Part shown: positions 1 through 9,040 of the stretch, piece by piece
How the letters are laid out: each line of letters opens with the position of its first letter
Numbering within the stretch: the first letter of the stretch is position 1
Source of the DNA: a virus
Reading direction: 5' to 3' (one strand)
IMG/VR virus record: IMGVR_UViG_3300020596_000023
Location: 1-64,000 of that record
DNA length: 64,000 nt
Program-made: the position numbers and the translations under genes
The notes under the pieces: generated by a model
The model's database searches: none
What the model was told of the DNA's origin: nothing
The model's input: only the letters and a program-made list of their open reading frames with translations

Positions 1-111
1 TTGTCAAATGAAGAATTTGAACAAGGGTACATTGCACGTAACCCTAAAAACCACAATGATTTATGGTATGTGGCAAAGAAATATTTTGATGATAATCTTG
101 AGCCAGTTTAA
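1..111 (+). CDS. 3' end of small phage hypothetical protein (partial)
   Basis: Frame 1 open from window edge: LSNEEFEQGYIARNPKNHNDLWYVAKKYFDDNLEPV*. Confidence 0.6.
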   Translation: MSNEEFEQGYIARNPKNHNDLWYVAKKYFDDNLEPV

Positions 112-149
112 TTAAATTTCTTTTCACAATTTCTAAAAAAAACAAAAAT

Positions 150-584
150 ATGCAATTCTCAGTAAAATTTGAAAACCCCAACTCGTGCGAGTTGAGTGGA
201 ACAATAAAATCGCAGGTAGGTCTGCGACGGATATGCATCATCAAAGATTATACAGGATGCTGGGATCTTGATGAGCGGTTAATAACCGGGAGCATCTATC
301 CGGTTATTGTACGAGAAGTAGAAGTGCACATAACAAAAGAGGAGGCGCAAAGAGCAGGACAGTTATTTTTAGATAACTTTCAAGTTACTATAACCGTTCC
401 AAAAGAAAGTCTAAACGGCTTTTTCTTTCTGGACGTAGTGACAGAAACTGATAGTACTAATAACCAAATCCGGAGTGTCAGAATGGAATGGGTTATTAAT
501 AAAGAGAAGCTTTATGCTGCATGGGCAGAAGCTGGATTTCCGACGGACTGGAATCCAAACGGAGACAAAGACCAGCAAAGTTAA
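150..584 (+). CDS. hypothetical protein
   Basis: 144-aa ORF, AT-rich leader, followed by terminator-like hairpin. Confidence 0.7.
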   Translation: MQFSVKFENPNSCELSGTIKSQVGLRRICIIKDYTGCWDLDERLITGSIYPVIVREVEVHITKEEAQRAGQLFLDNFQVTITVPKESLNGFFFLDVVTETDSTNNQIRSVRMEWVINKEKLYAAWAEAGFPTDWNPNGDKDQQS

Positions 585-598
585 AATTAAAATTTTTT

Positions 599-633
599 AA
601 GTAGTCGTGCCAATAGGTGCGGCTACTTTTTTT
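599..633 (+). terminator. intrinsic terminator
   Basis: GTAGTCGTGCC-AATA-GGTGCGGCTAC stem with G-U pairs, then T tract. Confidence 0.6.
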
Positions 634-659
634 GTTTAACACGAAAAAAAAAAAGAAAG

Positions 660-1094
660 ATGAAAAATCGCATACTGAAGATACTCCTAAGAGACAATCC
701 AAAACATTGGGTAGTATTAATACTACTGGCTCGTACGGTAGCAGAATATATCGTTAAGACCACGCCACGGGGCGCAACATTTATAGATCTTCTTGGAAGA
801 ACTCAAACCAGCGGAATAACATATAGCGACGTTGACGCATATGGCTATGTTGAGTTTTGGTGGGGCTATGATCCCATTGCTTCTGCAAATAGTAAAAACC
901 TTCAACGAAGAGCTATGAAAGCGTTTGAGGCTGAGCTCTTAGAACGTGTTGCAGCTTTAAACCTTGGAATAAACACAGAAAAACTTTATTTTACCCAAAA
1001 AGGTGGAAGAAAGCTTGACGTAGATGACATGAAAAAAATACAGTTAAAACGTGCGTTAAAACAGCTCTTACGAGAAAAATCTAAGTGTGTATAA
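660..1094 (+). CDS. hypothetical protein
   Basis: 144-aa ORF co-oriented with neighbours. Confidence 0.7.
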   Translation: MKNRILKILLRDNPKHWVVLILLARTVAEYIVKTTPRGATFIDLLGRTQTSGITYSDVDAYGYVEFWWGYDPIASANSKNLQRRAMKAFEAELLERVAALNLGINTEKLYFTQKGGRKLDVDDMKKIQLKRALKQLLREKSKCV

Positions 1095-1106
1095 GCCACA
1101 CCTACC

Positions 1107-1161
1107 AACCTACAGTAATTCTGGAATTACTCTGGTAATTCTGGAATTACTAAAGTAGGTT
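1107..1161. repeat. tandem near-palindromes, operator-like
   Basis: GTAATTCTGGAATTACT at 1115 and 1135 (20-bp period), bracketed by AACCTAC...GTAGGTT. Confidence 0.8.
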
Positions 1162-1313
1162 CTAAGATGTATCTACGATTGCGTAAACAATTTTTGTTTT
1201 GTAACGACACTTACAAGATCGTACTAATTTACTTAAATATCTACGACTTGAGTTAAAGTCGTAAAAATTTAATCTATAACGGAATTTACAAGATCGTACT
1301 AAAACTAACTACT

Positions 1314-1580
1314 ATGAAAATTACTTTCATTCTAAGCCATCATGCGATACTTAGAATAGTTCAGAGGCAAATTGAAGATCCAAATAATACCGAACCTATT
1401 ATAGCAAACAGTAGGATCCGTAAAAAAATCTTATCTAATTGTACTATAACTAGATATGATTTTAGTACAGAATACTTTGTAACTAATGAAATTTACAGAC
1501 AAGTTTACGTCTGTAGAAAACTTGATACTGACCGGTATTTAGTTATTACCGCGTTCAGGATGAATCAAGACAGACCATAA
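1314..1580 (+). CDS. hypothetical protein (DUF4258/RelE-like fold possible)
   Basis: 88 aa; N-terminal SHHAILRIVQR and C-terminal LVITAF resemble small RNase-fold proteins. Confidence 0.55.
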   Translation: MKITFILSHHAILRIVQRQIEDPNNTEPIIANSRIRKKILSNCTITRYDFSTEYFVTNEIYRQVYVCRKLDTDRYLVITAFRMNQDRP

Positions 1581-1592
1581 AAATAAAATAAA

Positions 1593-1826
1593 ATGAATGA
1601 GATCGTACAATATTTAGTAAGTATCGCAATAGCTATAATAATTATTTTAGCTGGAATAGTTATTATAGTAACTCAAGTTTCTAATGCAGTTGGCAGAATA
1701 AATAATCCGTTTTATACCGTAGCTATAACAATTGGTATAATTGGAATATTGTCTGGCTTAGTTGTAATAATTCTATTTTTTTTTAATCAAATAAAAATAA
1801 TGAACAATGACACTACAAGATGTTAA
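1593..1826 (+). CDS. small two-TM membrane protein
   Basis: 77 aa with two long hydrophobic stretches. Confidence 0.65.
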   Translation: MNEIVQYLVSIAIAIIIILAGIVIIVTQVSNAVGRINNPFYTVAITIGIIGILSGLVVIILFFFNQIKIMNNDTTRC

Positions 1827-2169
1827 GGATCATAATGCATTATCAGGGCCTATCAAAGGCACTCTTGATAAGTTCTGTGATCTATGGTATGCTATTGCCA
1901 TACGCGATGGTAACTCCGAAGAGGTTGCAATAAGAATAGCTTTAGATAAGCTAGGTTCAACAATGCTTGATATGTCGAAGAAAACTCACTACTACCTTAT
2001 TACTGTATTTGACAATAATGAGGTGAAACAATACGAAGAATCTGTTAAAGTTGGATCAAGCAATGTAGCTGATATAAAAGCTGCATTTACCGAAACTCTT
2101 AACAAAAAATATAAAGAGTGGAAGTTTGAGTGGTATCTTGGAGATCAAAATACATTCAAGAGATCGTAG
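1807..2169 (+). CDS. hypothetical protein
   Basis: 120-aa ORF overlapping the upstream stop. Confidence 0.7.
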   Translation: MTLQDVKDHNALSGPIKGTLDKFCDLWYAIAIRDGNSEEVAIRIALDKLGSTMLDMSKKTHYYLITVFDNNEVKQYEESVKVGSSNVADIKAAFTETLNKKYKEWKFEWYLGDQNTFKRS

Positions 2170-2239
2170 ATAAACTAACAAACCTTAACTATACCCAACA
2201 AGGGTATAGTTATAATATTTATTACTAAAACAAAAACTG

Positions 2240-2392
2240 ATGCCAAACTTATTAACAGTAATATTACTTGTACTTATTTTAGTTTGTATTGCCGTTTCAC
2301 AAAAAGCTGTTGAACGTCAAAACATACTCATAGCTAAGGCTTTGTATGTCATAGCTATAATATTGGGTATCGTAATTTGCATAACAACCTAA
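2240..2392 (+). CDS. small two-TM membrane protein (not in ORF track)
   Basis: MPNLLTVILLVLILVCIAVSQKAVERQNILIAKALYVIAIILGIVICITT*, 50 aa, read by eye. Confidence 0.55.
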   Translation: MPNLLTVILLVLILVCIAVSQKAVERQNILIAKALYVIAIILGIVICITT

Positions 2393-2569
2393 TCAACACT
2401 CCCTGCTCTGCTATTGCTTTCGTGTAGCGTGATTTGTAGAATCTAGCATCAGGGAGTATTTAAATTTGGTTTAGTCTAATTAAAGTTAGAATCAATTAAA
2501 TCCTCTAAGATTAAACGATATTGCTGTAAATTTTGAAAATATCTTACAAACTATAAACAACCATTTCTA

Positions 2570-2815
2570 ATGAGAAGTATCGAAAAAATCCAAGTAATTG
2601 TAGGTATAACGATCACTACAATAGCTTTTATGATTTCGTTGAAGGTAGCAGGAGTTATGCTAATTGCAACTCTTATAGTTTTATTTACAGAATTGCAAAT
2701 TGCAAAAAGTTCTAATCAACAAAAGATTGACGCATTGTTAAACATACGAGTGATCGTATTACTTTTGTGTTTATTCTTGTTAATTACTATCGCAGTAAAC
2801 TTTAAAAATTCATAA
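2570..2815 (+). CDS. small membrane protein
   Basis: 81 aa, mostly hydrophobic. Confidence 0.65.
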   Translation: MRSIEKIQVIVGITITTIAFMISLKVAGVMLIATLIVLFTELQIAKSSNQQKIDALLNIRVIVLLLCLFLLITIAVNFKNS

Positions 2816-2816
2816 C

Positions 2817-3254
2817 ATGAGTTACAACAAATTTATTCCATTGGTAATGTTGATGTTTTTATTCTTTATGGCATTTGAAACTTGCAATGCCCAATGCCAC
2901 GGTAATCGGTGGATTGTTGGAAACAACAATACTAGCGTATTCCAACAAGCACGCAATGGCATTAACGCTATTGTCATTAAAGATTCTGACTTTAATGTAA
3001 TCAAATTCAACCAACCGCTGATAGTAACTAACATCAAAGTTACTGGCAAATCTTTTAATAATCCTAATAATACAGTATTTGAATCTATAGATTTTAATGA
3101 ATCTGAAAACAATACAGATCAAATCTGGATTGTTGGAAAAGAGATCATTGAGGCTATTGATTCAGGTTGGTTTCTAAAGTTTAAAATAACACTTAAAATT
3201 GGAGATGAATATAGCATTATCACAATTTGCAAGTGTGCTGAGATTCGGGAGTAA
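2817..3254 (+). CDS. putative secreted protein
   Basis: Signal-peptide-like N-terminus ending CNA|Q, as in Bacteroidetes exported proteins. Confidence 0.65.
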   Translation: MSYNKFIPLVMLMFLFFMAFETCNAQCHGNRWIVGNNNTSVFQQARNGINAIVIKDSDFNVIKFNQPLIVTNIKVTGKSFNNPNNTVFESIDFNESENNTDQIWIVGKEIIEAIDSGWFLKFKITLKIGDEYSIITICKCAEIRE

Positions 3255-3277
3255 GGATTCTTTTCATAGCGATTTAC

Positions 3278-3312
3278 AACAGCTTCGTAATAACAATTAC
3301 GGGGCTGTTTTT
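3278..3312 (+). terminator. intrinsic terminator
   Basis: AACAGCTTCGTAAT / ATTACGGGGCTGTT stem plus T tract. Confidence 0.7.
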
Positions 3313-3347
3313 ATTTAATAACAAACAATTAAAACATACTCGCCTGT

Positions 3348-3827
3348 ATGAAAAATAATACCAATTATTACTGGCCGGATTCTATGGATTCTGCTATTGC
3401 AGATAAAGTTGTAGGATTAGTTAGAACTTTAACAATCTGGAGTAGCTGTAGTCCACAAACTACTTGGGCTAAAGCTTTAGATGTTCCAAGAGCTTTAAAA
3501 GCTCTTCTGCTACAAACCGAACCAAAATCTTCGTATGCTTATGTAATGCAAACAGAATGCTGGTTTCCACAATTCATTGTGAAACTAGGATTCAAAAAAA
3601 ACGGGCTTGCATTAACACAAGCTACGTATCAGGCTGGTAGAGTTATAATACCAGATTATACTAAACTGTACAGAATTGAGTTTACCTCACAAGGTACTAT
3701 TCTAGTCTGGTATGGTGAAAATCATACCGATCTATTTAGGTACAGTAAATACGGGTTCAGTCATGTTACTGATACAAAGGATCAAAATTTAACAGTGTTA
3801 GAATTATTTCAAAAACAAACTAAATAG
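3348..3827 (+). CDS. hypothetical protein
   Basis: 159-aa ORF. Confidence 0.7.
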   Translation: MKNNTNYYWPDSMDSAIADKVVGLVRTLTIWSSCSPQTTWAKALDVPRALKALLLQTEPKSSYAYVMQTECWFPQFIVKLGFKKNGLALTQATYQAGRVIIPDYTKLYRIEFTSQGTILVWYGENHTDLFRYSKYGFSHVTDTKDQNLTVLELFQKQTK

Positions 3828-3833
3828 TAAACG

Positions 3834-4001
3834 ATGGCAACACCAGCTAAATCTGACAAGATTGTAAAAAGGAAAACTTTGGTAGCAAAATCTGATTCTC
3901 CAGGTTATGAGACTATTAAAGTAAGTAAGGATACGAAAGATTCTTACAAGGAGGAAAAAAAGAAAAATCAACCTATTTCAACTAAACCTAAACCTGAATA
4001 G
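3834..4001 (+). CDS. small basic protein (not in ORF track)
   Basis: MATPAKSDKIVKRKT...KPKPE*, 55 aa, tightly packed after previous gene. Confidence 0.5.
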   Translation: MATPAKSDKIVKRKTLVAKSDSPGYETIKVSKDTKDSYKEEKKKNQPISTKPKPE

Positions 4002-4104
4002 TATGTGGTGGGAAGAATACAACTTAGAAGAAGCCTTCGTGGATTATTCTGAAATTTATCCTATAGAAAGAATTGAATCTGATTTGATACCGTTTTGACA
4101 AGAC

Positions 4105-4138
4105 GGAATCCAGCAGGCTTCTTCTTTCTACCGGCAAC
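4105..4138 (+). repeat. dispersed motif A copy 1
   Basis: GGAATCCAGCAGGCTTCTTCTTTCTACCGGCAAC. Confidence 0.9.
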
Positions 4139-4140
4139 TG

Positions 4141-4179
4141 AAACAAGCTGTAATTACCTAATTACGGCTTGTTTGTTTT
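4141..4179 (+). terminator. intrinsic terminator
   Basis: AAACAAGCTGTAATTA-CC-TAATTACGGCTTGTTT followed by GTTTT. Confidence 0.7.
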
Positions 4180-4202
4180 ACTTTAACAAAAGCAATTTAA
4201 CA

Positions 4203-4967
4203 ATGAAATATTTAACAGGCGATTCAAGATGGGTTACATTCTGCCCTAAATTTAGCAATTCTCTTTATTTAGATCAAGCTGGTCAGTTTGATGAAAGACC
4301 TCAAATAGTCACTGGCATTACTCAATTATTAGTATTACTGGCTATGCCAGTTCTATTAGTTTATTCAATTTATTATTTGTTTCTAATACCATTTATATTT
4401 TTTGGGTGGGGTGAATTATATATTAGTTTACCAGTTAGAACTGGAATACAAAGTTGGAGTAGTGCTTCTTGGGGATTCACTTATCACAGCAATACTGTAT
4501 GGATATATGTAGGTGGAGATGATCGTGGTAAATCGTGTAAAACCATAAAAATGCCATGGCATTCTTTTTGGGTAAGAACATCTACTAAATTAAAAAATGG
4601 TAATTGGTTTCATGAAACTATAGATAGGGAATTAGATTTTATGAATGAAGATATTATAGCAGTCGGTGGTTATGGTTGGTTAGAAAAAAACAAATATGTT
4701 GAAGTACACCCGTTTTTAGATAAATATAATAATACTACAGTTACTGCAACTGTAAGTATTATTAAAAGGGAGTGGAGATTTTATTGGCCTGTTTTGACAA
4801 AACTGTTTGTTAATAATGTTTTAACTATTATGGTAGAGTTTGATGAAGAGGTAGGTAAAAATAAAGGTTCATGGGAAGGTGGATTTGTAAGTTGTAAGTA
4901 CAAACTTAGAAAAGACGAAAGTGTGTTAAACTGTTTAAAAAGGCTGGAATCAAAACAACCATTTTAA
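4203..4967 (+). CDS. membrane-associated hypothetical protein
   Basis: Probable start MKYLTGD at 4203, since the track start at 4095 runs through a terminator; hydrophobic segment, Trp-rich. Confidence 0.7.
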   Translation: MKYLTGDSRWVTFCPKFSNSLYLDQAGQFDERPQIVTGITQLLVLLAMPVLLVYSIYYLFLIPFIFFGWGELYISLPVRTGIQSWSSASWGFTYHSNTVWIYVGGDDRGKSCKTIKMPWHSFWVRTSTKLKNGNWFHETIDRELDFMNEDIIAVGGYGWLEKNKYVEVHPFLDKYNNTTVTATVSIIKREWRFYWPVLTKLFVNNVLTIMVEFDEEVGKNKGSWEGGFVSCKYKLRKDESVLNCLKRLESKQPF

Positions 4968-4969
4968 TT

Positions 4970-5320
4970 ATGACCATAATAGAAGCTTTTGAATCAAACC
5001 CATATTTACCAAAGTTTATTCAATTTTGTATTGATCTAAATGAAGACATTAGCAGTTTAGATCAAGCTACTAATAGTCATATTTATGGACTGTTAGTACT
5101 ATGGCTGTCTACGGTAAATATCGGTATTAGTTTAACTAATACTGATATAATATCGTATTTCATAAAATCAGAACTACAAAATAAACTTGACATGGATTGT
5201 TTTTTATTTGAAAAACAATCTAGCTTTACTGTAATTAATCGTAAACCAAAATCGGAATTTATGAAAGTACTCATAGATGCCATAACTACACTAAAATATA
5301 TTCAGAATGATGACTTATGA
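4970..5320 (+). CDS. hypothetical protein
   Basis: 116 aa, overlaps the helicase start. Confidence 0.65.
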   Translation: MTIIEAFESNPYLPKFIQFCIDLNEDISSLDQATNSHIYGLLVLWLSTVNIGISLTNTDIISYFIKSELQNKLDMDCFLFEKQSSFTVINRKPKSEFMKVLIDAITTLKYIQNDDL

Positions 5321-6716
5321 CAATCTAACTGATGGTCAAAAGAGTGCGATTGAATCTATTAGAAAATGGATTCAAGAAGGTGCTAATGCTATGAGTTTTA
5401 CTGGTGCTGCTGGTACTGGTAAGACCACAACAATCAAGTTTCTGCTTGATATATTAATGGGTGAATACTCTGTACTGCTTTTAGCACCAACTCATGCTAG
5501 CAGAGGTATTCTATCAAATATGAGTGGTTACGATGTTTCTACAACCCACTCAGCATTAGGGCTTAGGCCTGATGTTGACCTTGCTGACTACGATCCAGAT
5601 AAGCCAGAATTTGCACAAACTGGAAAGTGTATTGTAAATAACTATGATATAGTTATTCAAGAGGAGGCAAGTATGATAAATCAAGAGTTAATGGATTTAC
5701 TAGTTAACTCTACTAATTGTATAATTTTTATGGGAGATGAATGCCAGCTTCCACCTATAGGTGCAGATTCTTGTCCAGCTTTAAGTTTAGAGTATAAGAC
5801 TACTCTAACTATGGTTATGAGACAAAAATCGAACAACACTTTATTAAAAGTGTTGAGTTTAATGAGATGTATTATTTCACAGAAATGTGGATATAATTAT
5901 CAAGATAACTCAGTTGAGTTAATTGAACAATTAGGATTAACTGGTATGCCTAGTAGCTGCTTATCATTAATTCAACAAGTTTGGAATAGTAATGCTAGTG
6001 ATGGTTCTATTTGTTTTGATCCAAAAGTACATCTATTAATAAAGGATTGGGAAATCTCTGATATAGATCGAGATAAGTATTTATTCACAGCTTTTACTAA
6101 TAAAAAGGTAGACGACCTTAATAGAATTTGTGCAGAACTCTTAGACATTAAACCATTCCGTGAAGGTTTTAGAGTAATCTTTACAAAAACTTTCAAAAGT
6201 GGAACTTTAGCAGATATTACTAATAATACTAGAGGTAGGGTATTACGAATTGATCCTACTATATTTCAGTATAAAATTGGTAAAGAAACTATCAATTGCA
6301 TTAAAATCATATTTGACATTGATGGTAAAGAGTATTCTGTATTAACTCCTACTACTGGAAATCTTGATAATTATATTATTAAACATGGAGATATAATAAA
6401 CGCTGCTAGCAAATCTAAGAAACAAGATAGTTGGAATGAATTTGAATGTATGATAGGAACAGTACAACCTTTTAAAGACTACTTAAACAAAGCGTTTTCA
6501 CAAGAGTTGGAATCAAGGTTTATATATGTTGATACTAGAAAACGTCCTAAACAATATATCAAGCCGGGCTATGCTATAACTGTGCATAAATCTCAAGGTT
6601 CCACAATCCCTACAATGGTTGTGGCAATTAATGATATTGCACAATCAAGAGACCTTGCAGATAAGCTACTTTATGTAGCTCTTAGTAGAGCTAGCGAAAA
6701 AGTTTATATCGTATAA
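5307..6716 (+). CDS. SF1 Dda/RecD2-like DNA helicase
   Basis: GAAGTGKT, APTH, EEASM, GDECQLPP, YAITVHKSQGST, YVALSRA. Confidence 0.92.
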   Translation: MMTYDNLTDGQKSAIESIRKWIQEGANAMSFTGAAGTGKTTTIKFLLDILMGEYSVLLLAPTHASRGILSNMSGYDVSTTHSALGLRPDVDLADYDPDKPEFAQTGKCIVNNYDIVIQEEASMINQELMDLLVNSTNCIIFMGDECQLPPIGADSCPALSLEYKTTLTMVMRQKSNNTLLKVLSLMRCIISQKCGYNYQDNSVELIEQLGLTGMPSSCLSLIQQVWNSNASDGSICFDPKVHLLIKDWEISDIDRDKYLFTAFTNKKVDDLNRICAELLDIKPFREGFRVIFTKTFKSGTLADITNNTRGRVLRIDPTIFQYKIGKETINCIKIIFDIDGKEYSVLTPTTGNLDNYIIKHGDIINAASKSKKQDSWNEFECMIGTVQPFKDYLNKAFSQELESRFIYVDTRKRPKQYIKPGYAITVHKSQGSTIPTMVVAINDIAQSRDLADKLLYVALSRASEKVYIV

Positions 6717-6740
6717 AACTAAACAATTCCAATTAAGATC

Positions 6741-6776
6741 CTACCTCTAAGTTCCCACTTAGGGGTAGCTTTTTTT
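6741..6776 (+). terminator. intrinsic terminator
   Basis: CTACCTCTAAGT / ACTTAGGGGTAG stem plus T7. Confidence 0.75.
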
Positions 6777-6841
6777 AACTAACAAAAACTTTTAAAAAGT
6801 AGTTAAGCTTTAACTACTATTTTTTCACCAATTCTAATTGT

Positions 6842-7348
6842 ATGAAATCGGTCTATGGTTTATTATTATTCCTTTCAGGAATTTTTGTGGCTGGCTCTAA
6901 AAGTCCAGAACAAATTATCAGTTACATTAAAATAACTGATACTGTACAAGTGTTAGTACCTACAACAGCGGAAGTTTATTTATTAGCAAGATTAATTGAA
7001 TCAGAAGCTAGTAGATCACAAACCGGTGTTGAAAGAATATCAGGCAGAATAGCTGCCGGCAATGTTGTAATGAACAGGTTACGAGCAGATTTGAAATCTG
7101 GTAAAACCGTATCTCTTAAAAAGATAATCTACAAAAAAAATCAATTTTGTGGAATCAAGGTTAAAAGATTTCGAGATAAGCCAAGTAGAGAATCTTTGAT
7201 AGCTGCAACAATTGCACTATTAGATTTGAACTTACTGCCTGATAATATACTGTTCTTTAATTCTCCTAATGCTCCTAATATTTGGAATAAGACAGAATTA
7301 GTGGAATGGGCTAGAATAGCAAAACATTCATTCAAATATAGATCATAA
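6842..7348 (+). CDS. cell wall hydrolase (SleB/Hydrolase_2 family) with N-terminal hydrophobic segment
   Basis: LLARLIESEA, AAGNVVMNR, NQF, LFFNSP, IAKHSF. Confidence 0.85.
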   Translation: MKSVYGLLLFLSGIFVAGSKSPEQIISYIKITDTVQVLVPTTAEVYLLARLIESEASRSQTGVERISGRIAAGNVVMNRLRADLKSGKTVSLKKIIYKKNQFCGIKVKRFRDKPSRESLIAATIALLDLNLLPDNILFFNSPNAPNIWNKTELVEWARIAKHSFKYRS

Positions 7349-7352
7349 TACA

Positions 7353-7553
7353 ATGTCAACAAAAGGAAACACGCTTTCAATGACTATTGAAGTTGAATTG
7401 GGAGATGCTTTTAATTTATTACATGAAGAAGAATTCACTTGGTTTCAAAATGAAGTATTAGTGGGTAATGGAACTTTAGTGTTACACTCTGACGAAATAG
7501 GAGATATTATTGGAATTATAAAGAAAGTTTCAGATGTGCGGTATATCTCTTAA
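7353..7553 (+). CDS. small acidic hypothetical protein (cassette-like)
   Basis: 66 aa, followed immediately by an attC-like hairpin. Confidence 0.65.
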   Translation: MSTKGNTLSMTIEVELGDAFNLLHEEEFTWFQNEVLVGNGTLVLHSDEIGDIIGIIKKVSDVRYIS

Positions 7554-7559
7554 TATTAC

Positions 7560-7627
7560 TTATAACGTTTGGCAGCTAACTGAAAGTTTTTGTTTTTAAC
7601 AAAAATTTTAGTTAGCTGCTGTTAGCA
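7560..7627 (+). mobile_element. attC-like recombination site
   Basis: TTATAAC-GTTT, long imperfect palindrome GCAGCTAACTGAAAG...TTTTAGTTAGCTGC, then T-GTTAGCA. Confidence 0.55.
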
Positions 7628-7682
7628 AATGTAAAATCTCCCTTTTGAGTGTAAGATGCTCGTAATAATAAGCAATAATAAA

Positions 7683-7892
7683 ATGGAAACAGAACAAAGA
7701 CAAAAATGTGTAGTAAGGTATCAAATTGCAACTTATTCGGGAGAAGAGGTTGTTTATTGTGATGCCAATGATGATAATGATGTTATCACCGCAAAAGCCA
7801 AACGCCAGATAAAGCAAAAATCAGGCGGTTCACTACCCTTTGGTTACGAAAGCTATAATATCATTGAGCGTGAAGATTACTACGGAGGATGA
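7683..7892 (+). CDS. small hypothetical protein (cassette-like)
   Basis: Likely start METEQRQ; bounded by GTTAGCA (7621) and TGCTAAC (7919). Confidence 0.7.
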   Translation: METEQRQKCVVRYQIATYSGEEVVYCDANDDNDVITAKAKRQIKQKSGGSLPFGYESYNIIEREDYYGG

Positions 7893-7986
7893 GTGCGTTG
7901 GAGAAATAATTTTATTTCTGCTAACATACAGCTTTGCATAAATGGTGCTTATGGAAATAACTTTATCAACTTAAAACAAAATAACA

Positions 7987-8202
7987 ATGGCACACGAAAA
8001 CTTCAATTTAAACAAAACATCTCTTGACGAAAAGCCTGTAGTAGCTACTGTAGGCTTAACTAAAGAAGAGGTTGATGAATTACAACTCCTTAGATTCTTA
8101 CAAACAAGTAACGAAAGATACCTGAGTACATGGGAGTTTGATAGAATTGCAGAATTGAGTAGAAAAGAGTTTGAAAATGCAGGGTCGACCCATTGCATCT
8201 AA
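7987..8202 (+). CDS. small hypothetical protein (cassette-like)
   Basis: 71 aa; stop TAA lies inside the left end of the next attC-like site. Confidence 0.7.
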   Translation: MAHENFNLNKTSLDEKPVVATVGLTKEEVDELQLLRFLQTSNERYLSTWEFDRIAELSRKEFENAGSTHCI

Positions 8203-8300
8203 TGTTTGTCGGCTTAGCAATGTCTGGTGGCATTGCACAAAGGTTCAAGTTTACAACAAGGCTTATTGCCACCGAATATAGCCAAACCGCTGTTATGTGC
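8195..8300 (+). mobile_element. attC-like recombination site
   Basis: CTAAT-GTTT, arms CGGCTTAGCAATGTCTGGTGGCA / TGCCACCGAATATAGCCAAACCG, then CT-GTTATGT. Confidence 0.55.
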
Positions 8301-8477
8301 TAGGCGGATTATCAGCACTAAATTTAATTTGAAACGAAATGAATGAAGAGCAAGCAATGGATAATCATTTGTTAATGGTCAAAAAGATGAACTATTTGAT
8401 TATGAACGAAAGTTCTCAAAATAACATATAAGTTGTAGCTTTACGTTGGTGGTGTTTCCACCATTAAACTACTAATC

Positions 8478-8927
8478 ATGAAATTCTTAAACAAACCACT
8501 TCTCCTCTTCCAGTTTCTTTTGCTTCCTGTGCTATTAAGCGCACAGGATCCTTACAAGATTACCAATGAAAAAGCCATTGGCTTTGCAGCGATTGCGGCA
8601 GGATCTCTGATGGATGGGATCTTGGAAGGCTATCAGTTCGATGGGCGCAAGTCTTTTGAACGGAAATGGGGATCAGACCCTTATGGGTTTTGGGGTTCAA
8701 AATCATGGCAAGCAACGCATACGTGGTATGCCAAAACCATGGGCGTACCGGACTTTTACCACATGGCAGATGACACGCGAAAAATAGGCTACATCACAGG
8801 AGGTGTCATGATTGGTATTGGAATGAAGGATAATAAAAAATGGTGGCACTATGCTTTGGATATTGGGATTAGCGCTGTCGTAAGTGCTGGAGCAAAACAA
8901 GTAGGACTAATTTGGGTTAGGAATTAA
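8478..8927 (+). CDS. putative exported/membrane protein
   Basis: Signal peptide ending LSA|Q, Gly/Trp-rich amphipathic segments, visibly higher GC than neighbours. Confidence 0.75.
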   Translation: MKFLNKPLLLFQFLLLPVLLSAQDPYKITNEKAIGFAAIAAGSLMDGILEGYQFDGRKSFERKWGSDPYGFWGSKSWQATHTWYAKTMGVPDFYHMADDTRKIGYITGGVMIGIGMKDNKKWWHYALDIGISAVVSAGAKQVGLIWVRN

Positions 8928-8966
8928 CTTCCCTGCACTGAGCTAATCTAAATTAAAATTTTTACT

Positions 8967-9001
8967 ATCGCCGGTAGAAGAAGAAAGTCCTGATAACTTC
9001 C
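8967..9001 (-). repeat. dispersed motif A copy 2
   Basis: Reverse complement GGAAGTTATCAGGACTTTCTTCTTCTACCGGCGAT. Confidence 0.9.
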
Positions 9002-9040
9002 ATCTTCTACCGTTTTTATTTACTTCAAAATAATTTCAAA

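Noticed and set aside
2398-2458. ACTCCCTG...CAGGGAGT stem as a tRNA or ncRNA
   Set aside because: No cloverleaf or TTC loop; only an imperfect hairpin
4095-4202. N-terminal extension of ORF 4095..4967
   Set aside because: It runs through motif A and a terminator; ATG 4203 has a typical AT-rich leader
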